Source: an uncultured delta proteobacterium
GTDB lineage: Bacteria > Myxococcota > UBA727 > VGSZ01
Length of the DNA stretch: 64,000 nt
Reading direction: 5' to 3'
Assembly: GCA_963775425.1 (NCBI GenBank)
Contig: CAVZJB010000017.1
Coordinates: forward strand, 384,001 to 448,000
Of the stretch, positions 55,126 to 64,000 are shown one piece after another (within the stretch, counting starts at the first letter, position 1; every line of letters starts with the position of its first letter). A model generated the notes under the pieces. It had not been told where the DNA came from. It ran no database searches and worked only from the letters and a program-made list of their open reading frames with translations. The position numbers and the translations under genes were made by a program.

Positions 55126-57000
55126 TCACGTGGGCTCCGGAGGGAGGGCGGGGTGGGGCTTGCTCGAGCCGTCCTGCGTCGACGCCGCGGGCCGCCCGGG
55201 AGCGGGCGAGGGGCTCGACGCGGGGACGAGGATGAGCGCGGCCTGCTTGAGCTTCTTGCGCGTCACGGGGCCGTCGGCGGGGGCGGGCGAGGGATTGCTG
55301 CGCGAGGGCCGGACCGCCGCCTGCGCCGCCGCGAAGAAGGGCGCGAGGTTGCCGGTGAGGAAGTGCATGGCCTGGTTGAGCTCTTCCGTGGCGAGGTTGG
55401 CGCCCTCGAGGACGGGGCGCTTGCCGATGAAGCGACCCGTCATGGCGTCGTGCAGCTCGACGAGCTGGTCCGCGGGCGACAGCGCCGCCTCCTCGGCGAG
55501 GATCTGGCTCGCGCGCCACAGGCAGCGCGTGCCGCCGCAGGCGCCCATGGACAAGCGCGTGCGCCGGCGGATGTCGACGAGCTTCTGCACCAATTCGCCC
55601 TTGGCCGCGTAGCGCACCTCCGCCTCGCACACGGGCTCGCAGGCGCACACGTGCGCCCCCTGCCGCGGGTCCGCTTCGCAGGCGGCGAGCATGCGCTTGC
55701 TGCGCGCGCCGTGGCGGTAGGCCATGCGCCCCACGGTGATGCGGCTTCGCGCCGGCTGCTTCCCCCCGGCGAGCCACGCCTCGACGTCGACGGGCTCCTC
55801 CGCGCCCGGCAACGGCCGCGTGTGCGTGGAGCATGGCGACGCGTTCCCCACGCGCTTGGCGACGAGATCGCTCACCTCCTCGGAGAGCTGGCGGTAGGCC
55901 GCGAGCTTGCCGCCCGCGACGGAGACGAGTCCGGGCACGCCCTGAGGCGCGTGGTCGTAGAATTCGTGCTCGCGCGAGAGCCGGTCTTCGTTCTTGCGCC
56001 ACGCCCAGAGCGTGGGACGCACGCCGACGTAGGTCCGGCTCATGCGGTACTTGTCGATGGCGGGGAACACGCGGCGCGCGGCCTGCAGGATGTACTTCAC
56101 CTCGTCCTCGGTGGCGCGCGGGTTGTCGAGGTCGCCGTAGTAGTCGTCGTCGGTGGTGCCGACGATGGAGCCGTTTTCGTGCGGCATGAGGAACATCTGC
56201 CGCCCGTCGACGCCGTCCATGACGATGCCGATGTTGGAGATGCGGTGGGGATACACGATGTGCACGCCCTTGCCCGGGCGCAGCCGGTACCACCCGCCCG
56301 CCAGCGCCGCCGTCCGCGGGCCCCACGCTCCGGTGGCGTTGATGACCACCGGCGCCGTGTGCGTGCTGCGCGCGCCCGTGGTGCGGCTCTCGACGACGAC
56401 GCCGGTCACCGCGCCGCCGGCGTCCTTCACGAAGGACGCGAGCTCCGTGTACGTGAGGATCTCCGCGCCGTTCTCCACGGCGTCGACGGCGTTTTCCACG
56501 ACGAGACGGAACGGATCGATGCCCCACTCGTCCATGGTCACGGCGCCGAGGATGTCCGGCGCGAGGCCGGGCTCGAGGGCGAGCGCCTCCTCGCGCGTGA
56601 GGCGCGTGTGGGGCTTGCCGCGCTTCAGCGGCTGGAATTCGTCGTACGCCTCGAAGAACACCTCTGCGAGCTCGAGGTAGATCTGGTCGAGCGCGGTCTT
56701 CAGCGACGAGCCCGGCGGCGGCCGCGGGATGGGCACGATGAACGGGATGCGAAACAGGAGGTGGGGCGCGATGCGCTGGATGTAGCCCGAGTCCGTGCAC
56801 GCCATCCGCGTGGTGTGCACGTCGTAGCGCAGGTAGCGGATGCCGCCGTGGATCATCCCCGTGTTGGCGCCCGACGCGCCCTTGGCGAGGTCGTTCTTCT
56901 CGACGAGCAAAACCTTCATCCCGCGCAGCGAGCAGTCGCGCGCGATGCCGGCGCCGTTGACACCGCCGCCGAGGATGATGACGTCATGTTCGTTGCTCAC
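55126..57000 (-). CDS. glpA: Glycerol-3-phosphate dehydrogenase subunit A (FAD, C-terminal BFD-like Fe-S)
   Basis: GGGVNG, GMIHGGIRY, NATGAW, GVRP, GGKL, CACE...RTRLSMGACGGTRC. Confidence 0.88.
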   Translation of the reverse strand: MSNEHDVIILGGGVNGAGIARDCSLRGMKVLLVEKNDLAKGASGANTGMIHGGIRYLRYDVHTTRMACTDSGYIQRIAPHLLFRIPFIVPIPRPPPGSSLKTALDQIYLELAEVFFEAYDEFQPLKRGKPHTRLTREEALALEPGLAPDILGAVTMDEWGIDPFRLVVENAVDAVENGAEILTYTELASFVKDAGGAVTGVVVESRTTGARSTHTAPVVINATGAWGPRTAALAGGWYRLRPGKGVHIVYPHRISNIGIVMDGVDGRQMFLMPHENGSIVGTTDDDYYGDLDNPRATEDEVKYILQAARRVFPAIDKYRMSRTYVGVRPTLWAWRKNEDRLSREHEFYDHAPQGVPGLVSVAGGKLAAYRQLSEEVSDLVAKRVGNASPCSTHTRPLPGAEEPVDVEAWLAGGKQPARSRITVGRMAYRHGARSKRMLAACEADPRQGAHVCACEPVCEAEVRYAAKGELVQKLVDIRRRTRLSMGACGGTRCLWRASQILAEEAALSPADQLVELHDAMTGRFIGKRPVLEGANLATEELNQAMHFLTGNLAPFFAAAQAAVRPSRSNPSPAPADGPVTRKKLKQAALILVPASSPSPAPGRPAASTQDGSSKPHPALPPEPT

Positions 57001-57033
57001 CGGTCCCTAGATAGATCAACGCGTCGCGTCGTG

Positions 57034-59160
57034 TCATCGATTCTCGGCGGCCGCCCGGGGGACGAAGCGCGCGAGCACCTCGACGAGCTCCTCCACGCGC
57101 ACCGGCTTGCGCACGACGGCGTTCATGCCCGCCTCGAGGCAGCGGTCGACGACCTCGGCGGTGGCGTCGGCGGTGACGGCGATGATGGGGCTGTCCTTGG
57201 ACCTGCCCACGCCGGCGCGCACCCGGCGGGTGGTCTCGATGCCGTCGAGCTCGGGCATCTGGCAATCCATGAGGACGACGTCGTAGCGCTCGCGCTCGAG
57301 CATCGCGATGCCGCGCGCGCCGTCCCGCGCCGCCTCGGCGGAGAGCCCGGCGTGGCTGAGCATGAGCATCAAGACCTTGCGGCTGACGTCGCTGTCCTCG
57401 ACGACGAGCGCCCGGCCGTGCAGCCCGGCCTCGTGCGACGCGACGGACGGCGCGCCGTCGAGGGCGCGCAGCAGCGCCTCCACGCGGACGCGGCGCACGG
57501 GCTTCACCAGGTGGCGAGCGTCCGGCCGCGCGCTGGCCTCCGTGCCCACGCCGACGACCACGCCCTGCCCGGGCGCGGCGGCGGGCGCGGCGGCCGCGCC
57601 TTCGTCGACGAAGGTGACGTCGACGGCGCCCTCCTCGAGCACGCTCACGCCCAGGCGCGACAGCTCGCTCACGAGCTGCGCGCGGGCGGTGGCGTTGTTC
57701 AGCAGGACGGCGGCGGTGTGGATGCGCACGAGCGGCGCCGGCGGGTGCGCCCCGTCGAGGATCCGCGCGGGCGCGGCGAAGGTGAAGCGGCTGCCGTGGC
57801 CCGGGGCCCCCTCCGCGCGGATCGCGCCGCCCATCAGCTTGGCCAGCCGCTGCGAGATGGCGAGGCCGAGCCCGGTGCCGCCGAAGCGCCGGGTGATCGA
57901 CGCGTCGGCCTGCGTGAACGGTGTGAACAGGCGCGCCTTGGCGTAAGCGTCGAGGCCGACACCGGTGTCGCTCACGTCGATGACCAGGCGGCCGTTGTCG
58001 ATGCGCGCGTCGACGACCACTTCGCCGGCGGCCGTGAACTTCACGGCGTTGCTCACGAGGTTGATCACGATCTGCCGGATGCGCGCGCCGTCCCCGAGGA
58101 GCAGCGTCGGCAGGTCGGCGGCGCACCGCACCACCAGCTCCACGCCGCGCGCCGCAGCCGCCGCCGCGAACACCGCGCACGCGGCCTCGACGACGCTGCT
58201 CGGCGAGAACGGGTGCGCCTCGAGCTCGAGGCGGCCCGCGTCGATCTTGGAGAAGTCGAGCACGTCGTCGACGAGCGCGAGCAGCGCTTCACCCGAGGCC
58301 GTGATGACGTCGAGGTACTCCTGCTCGACCGCGCCGAGCGGCCGTCGCGCCAGAAGCTGCGTCATGCCGAGGATGCCGTTCAGCGGCGTGCGCAGCTCGT
58401 GCGAGATGTTGGCCACGAACTCGGTCTTTGCCCGCGCGGCGCTGATGAGCGCCTCCTCCACGCGCTTCTTGGCCGTGACGTCGCGGAGGACGCCGACGAG
58501 CACCGGCTGGCCGTCGGGATCGCGAAACGCGGCCTTGCGCGTGGACACGACGTGGACGTGGCCGGCGGCGTCGGTGAGCTCCTCTTCGTTCTCGTCGATG
58601 CCGCCGCTCTTGAACACGGCGTCGTCGTGCTCCCAGAACACGGAGGCCTGCTCCGCGGGGAAGTAGTCGGTGTCGGTGTGGTTGAGCAGCTCCGCGCGCG
58701 ACCGCCCGACGAACTGGCAGAAGCCCTCGTTGAACGCGATCCACCGGTGCTGCCGGTCCTTGACGAACACCGGATCCGGCAGCGTGTTCAACAGGTCGCT
58801 GAGGAAGCGCAGGCTCTCCACCGGAGACTCGCTGTCCTCGCCGACCACGCCCGCGAGCCGCGCGGGATGGCCGCCCTCTCCGCGCTCGAGCACGCGCTCC
58901 TCGATGCGCACCGGCGCGTGCGGCTCGCGCAGCGTGAGAGACATGGTGTGCGCCTCCGCGTTGGCGAGCCCCTGACGCGCGTTCACGAGGCGGCCGCGGT
59001 CGTCGGCGACGACGGCGTCGGCGACGACGGCGCCGATCTGGAAGCCGAGCGCCTGCGCGCGTCGTGTGGCGAACTGCACGCGGAAGGCGCCGGAGCCGTC
59101 GGGGTCGGCGACGGCGACGTACGCCGCCAGCGCCCCGACGAGCCCTTCGAAGTCCTTCAT
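57034..59160 (-). CDS. PAS-domain hybrid histidine kinase with receiver
   Basis: PDPVFVKD PAS, SHELRTPLNG, NLVSNAVKFT, GGTGLGL, DCQMP; start may be GTG 59172. Confidence 0.92.
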   Translation of the reverse strand: MKDFEGLVGALAAYVAVADPDGSGAFRVQFATRRAQALGFQIGAVVADAVVADDRGRLVNARQGLANAEAHTMSLTLREPHAPVRIEERVLERGEGGHPARLAGVVGEDSESPVESLRFLSDLLNTLPDPVFVKDRQHRWIAFNEGFCQFVGRSRAELLNHTDTDYFPAEQASVFWEHDDAVFKSGGIDENEEELTDAAGHVHVVSTRKAAFRDPDGQPVLVGVLRDVTAKKRVEEALISAARAKTEFVANISHELRTPLNGILGMTQLLARRPLGAVEQEYLDVITASGEALLALVDDVLDFSKIDAGRLELEAHPFSPSSVVEAACAVFAAAAAARGVELVVRCAADLPTLLLGDGARIRQIVINLVSNAVKFTAAGEVVVDARIDNGRLVIDVSDTGVGLDAYAKARLFTPFTQADASITRRFGGTGLGLAISQRLAKLMGGAIRAEGAPGHGSRFTFAAPARILDGAHPPAPLVRIHTAAVLLNNATARAQLVSELSRLGVSVLEEGAVDVTFVDEGAAAAPAAAPGQGVVVGVGTEASARPDARHLVKPVRRVRVEALLRALDGAPSVASHEAGLHGRALVVEDSDVSRKVLMLMLSHAGLSAEAARDGARGIAMLERERYDVVLMDCQMPELDGIETTRRVRAGVGRSKDSPIIAVTADATAEVVDRCLEAGMNAVVRKPVRVEELVEVLARFVPRAAAENR

Positions 59161-59187
59161 CACGGCGCGCACCCCGTCGGGTGCACG

Positions 59188-61029
<1,842 letters not shown>

Positions 61030-61103
61030 CGAGAGTCTCCGGGGCGCGAGGGTGCGGCCCAACGACTCCGACGTCAACCGTCAAGATCGATTCACCGACG
61101 GGG

Positions 61104-62222
61104 TCAGCTCGGCGCGATGACGCGAATCGGCTCGTCGACCCCGACGCCTTCGGCGAAGCGGCGCAAGCGCTCGACGAGCGGCGCGGTGAGCTGCTGGCCG
61201 CCTTGCACGAGCAGCGCGCCGTTCTTGGCCCGCACGGCGTCGACGAGGTGCATGCCGGGGCGCAGGCCGTCGACGAGCACCACGCGCTCCACGCCGTTTT
61301 CGCCGCCGAGCACGACGTCGGCGAGGAATTCGGAGAGCGTGGCGTCGAAGCCGGCGAGCTGGGGGCGCGTCAGGCCCGGGAGCTCGTGCGGCTTCTTCCC
61401 CTCCAGGATCAGCTCGGCCGCCACCACCCCCACCCGCACCAACGCGGCGCCGAAGGACACCTCGTCGCCCGGCGCGTCCACGCCGCGCTCGTTCTGCCTG
61501 GCCACGATGGCGGCGACCTCGTCGAGGCGGGGCACGGCCGTCAGGAGCTTGCTGCCGGTCTCGGGGTGACGATTGAAGAGGGCCCGATCGGCGGCCGACA
61601 CCGCCCCCCCGCGCAACACCCGCGTGAGGACGTCGGGCGGCACCGCGATGCAGCCGAGCGAGCTCAGCATCGCCGCCGCCTCGATCTTCCAGCTCGGCGG
61701 CCTGCCGAGCTTCTTTTCGAGGTGATGCACGATCACCTTGGCGATGCCGGCGGCGCGGAACGCCGCGGGGGCGGCCAGGGCCAACACGTCGACGAGCAGG
61801 CGAATGACGCCGTTCACCGTCTCCTCGAGCAGCTCGCGCTCCGCGGTGACGAGGCGGTGGTGCTCGACGCCGGCGCGGATGGCGCCCGCGAGCTCGTCCG
61901 CTGGGCACGGCTTCAACAAGAAGCGAAAGAGCTGCCCGTCGTTCACCGCGCGGATCGCGTCGCGCATGTCGGACTGCCCGGTGAGCAGGATGCGCGACAC
62001 GTCGGGAACGCGGACGCGCACGCGGGCGAGGAACGTGGCGCCGTCCATGCCGGGCATGCGCATGTCGGAGACGACCACGCTCACGGGCGCCTGCTCGAGG
62101 CGCATGAGCCCGTCGGCGCCGGAGTGCGCGACCACGACGTCGAAGTCCTCGCTGAGCACACGAGCCATCCCGTCGAGGAGCCTCGTGTCGTCGTCGACGC
62201 AGAGGACGCGCGGGGGACTCAT
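61104..62222 (-). CDS. Response regulator with degenerate HD-like output domain
   Basis: CVDD, SDMRMP, LTG, KPC; AMLSSLG in place of the HD motif. Confidence 0.85.
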   Translation of the reverse strand: MSPPRVLCVDDDTRLLDGMARVLSEDFDVVVAHSGADGLMRLEQAPVSVVVSDMRMPGMDGATFLARVRVRVPDVSRILLTGQSDMRDAIRAVNDGQLFRFLLKPCPADELAGAIRAGVEHHRLVTAERELLEETVNGVIRLLVDVLALAAPAAFRAAGIAKVIVHHLEKKLGRPPSWKIEAAAMLSSLGCIAVPPDVLTRVLRGGAVSAADRALFNRHPETGSKLLTAVPRLDEVAAIVARQNERGVDAPGDEVSFGAALVRVGVVAAELILEGKKPHELPGLTRPQLAGFDATLSEFLADVVLGGENGVERVVLVDGLRPGMHLVDAVRAKNGALLVQGGQQLTAPLVERLRRFAEGVGVDEPIRVIAPS

Positions 62223-63367
62223 GTGACCGTCCCGCGCGCCGCGGCGAGCGTCTTTTCGGCGTCCGCGCCGAGGAGCCTCGTGACGCGTTCGACGTCGGGC
62301 TCCGCGCCCTCGGCCGTCGCCATCGCGACGTGCACCAGGGCGGCCAGCCGGCCGTGCTCGGGCAGCGCCCCGGTGGGCTCGTGGTGCCAACGCACGGCGT
62401 CGACGATGGACAGCGGCAGCCCCCACAGGCCGAGCAGGTACGCGCCGACCTCGGGGTGGGTCGCGCCGATGACCTCGCGCTCGACGGCCTCGCGCGGCTC
62501 GCCCGCGGCCGCGCGCTGCTCGACGACGTCGTACTCGTCCGGCGACACCATCGCGAGGACCAGGCGGCCGATGTCGCCGAGGAGCGCGGCCATGAACGCG
62601 TCGTGGTTGCCTCGCGCGACGGCGCTCACGACGCGGGCGGCGTTGAGGGCGCGCTCCTGCATCTGTTCGAGGTGCGCCGAGCGCGCCATCTGCCGGGCCG
62701 CTTGGTTGCGGGTCTGGTCGAAGACCGCGACCATGAGCATGAGCGCCTGGAGGGTGCGCAGCCCGAGGCGCGCCACGGCGGCCTCGAGCGTGGTGACCTG
62801 CTGCACGCCCGCGAACAACGCCGAGCTCGCGAGCTGCATCGTCTTGGCCGACACCGCGGGGTCGCGGCGGACGACGGCGACGATGTCGGCGACGGCGGCC
62901 TTCGGGTCGTTCAGCTTCTTGGACAGCTCGGTGTAGATGGCTGGGATGACGGGGAGCTTGTCGACGGAGCCCACCGCCGCGCGCACCGCCGGCGACGCCA
63001 ACAAATCCCGGAGGCGCCCCGCGCGCGCCACCGCCTTCTCGAGGATCTCGCCGTTGCACGGCTTGAGCAGGAACTGGTGCGCGTGCGTCACCGCCTTCAG
63101 CGCGAGCTGCTCGTCCATGTGCCCCGACAGCACCATGCGGACGACGTCGGGGCAGCGCTCGTGCACCTTGGCGAGGAGCTGCGCCCCATCCATCCCGGGC
63201 ATGTGCATGTCGGTGATCAGGACGTCGTAGGGGTCCGCTGTGAGCGCTTCGAGGGCCGCGGCGCCTGTGGTGAAGCAGCGAATGTCGATGTCGTCGATCC
63301 GGTCGCGCAGCACGCGCGCGAGCCCCTCGAGTACGCGGATCTCGTCGTCGACGAGCATGAGCCTCAT
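62219..63367 (-). CDS. Response regulator with HDOD domain
   Basis: LVDD, TDMHMP, KPC; DPAVSAK, HPEVGAYLLGLWGLP. Confidence 0.9.
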   Translation of the reverse strand: MRLMLVDDEIRVLEGLARVLRDRIDDIDIRCFTTGAAALEALTADPYDVLITDMHMPGMDGAQLLAKVHERCPDVVRMVLSGHMDEQLALKAVTHAHQFLLKPCNGEILEKAVARAGRLRDLLASPAVRAAVGSVDKLPVIPAIYTELSKKLNDPKAAVADIVAVVRRDPAVSAKTMQLASSALFAGVQQVTTLEAAVARLGLRTLQALMLMVAVFDQTRNQAARQMARSAHLEQMQERALNAARVVSAVARGNHDAFMAALLGDIGRLVLAMVSPDEYDVVEQRAAAGEPREAVEREVIGATHPEVGAYLLGLWGLPLSIVDAVRWHHEPTGALPEHGRLAALVHVAMATAEGAEPDVERVTRLLGADAEKTLAAARGTVT

Positions 63368-64000
63368 GTCGAACCTCCGGTCGACACGCGGGAGAGCATG
63401 TCGTTGGCGGCGGTGTCACCGAGGAGCACCGCCAATGCGTGGGCGTCGACGGCGGCGCCGTCGGCGATGGTGGAACCGACGTAGCAGGCGGCGGTGAGGC
63501 GGATGTCGCCGCCGCGGGCCGCGAGCGGATCGTGGTGCGCGCGCACCGCCTCGACGACCGGCAGCGGGAAGCCCCAGACGCCGAGGAGGTAGGCGCCGAT
63601 CTCCGGGTGCGTGGCGCCGAGCACCTCCCGCTCGACCCTGAGGCGCTCCTCGCCCGAGCCGACCCGCGCCGAGACGACGTCGACCTCCGCCGGCGCCGAC
63701 ATCGCCGCCGCGAGGAGGCCGAGATCCGCGAGCAGGGCGGCCGCCCACGTGTCGGCTCGCTCGTCGAGGATGCCGCCGGCGAGGGCTGCCCCGGCCTCGA
63801 GGTGGGTGCGCAGCTCGGAGAGCCGGGCGCTGCGCGCGAGCTCGGGGCACGAGGCCGCGGCGGCGAAGAGCGCGTCGCACGCCGCCGCGGCGCGGGCGCC
63901 GGTGCTGGCCCCGGCGCGGCCCGCCGGCGCCAGGCGCGCGGACCCGCCGGCGACGCGCTTCACCGCGGCGTCGGCGAGGAGCCCGCGGACGCGGCCGGCC
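63364..64000 (-). CDS. HDOD-domain protein (5' partial), paralog of the downstream REC-HDOD
   Basis: Frame stays open to the window edge (AGRVRGLLADAAV); HPEIGAYLLGVWGFP. Confidence 0.85.
   Translation of the reverse strand, partial: AGRVRGLLADAAVKRVAGGSARLAPAGRAGASTGARAAAACDALFAAAASCPELARSARLSELRTHLEAGAALAGGILDERADTWAAALLADLGLLAAAMSAPAEVDVVSARVGSGEERLRVEREVLGATHPEIGAYLLGVWGFPLPVVEAVRAHHDPLAARGGDIRLTAACYVGSTIADGAAVDAHALAVLLGDTAANDMLSRVSTGGST

Overview
Very GC-rich, gene-dense bacterial chromosome segment, most likely Myxococcota/deltaproteobacterial (inferred from a MYXO-CTERM tail, Gly-Glu linker lipoproteins, Ser/Thr kinases and an elb-like lipid cluster). About 46 CDS are supportable. No rRNA, tRNA, transposase, prophage or CRISPR array was recognised. 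Housekeeping-type genes: moaA, yebC, a TrmJ-like methylase, a nucleoside-type ABC transporter, hutH, comEA-like, glpAB, aspS and REC/HDOD signalling genes. Highlights: (1) a 1450-aa LysM protein with Asn/Ala and Thr/Pro/Lys repeats carrying a Bacillus Tgl-like transglutaminase domain, within ~12 kb of a lysyl-oxidase lipoprotein and a VKOR-DsbA/OmpA-like/TlpA operon, i.e. three protein cross-linking chemistries close together; (2) a cytoplasmic Ser/Thr kinase-STAND ATPase-TPR-OppA fusion facing an FHA-kinase and a 62-aa metal-binding protein; (3) an ElbD-like ether-lipid synthase with no visible ACP, a C-terminal SCP2-like domain and a coupled methyltransferase; (4) a 13 x 31-bp REP-like hairpin array; (5) a recurring TANNNT-N6-9-start leaderless-promoter signature. 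All family assignments are by motif recognition from memory; no searches were run.
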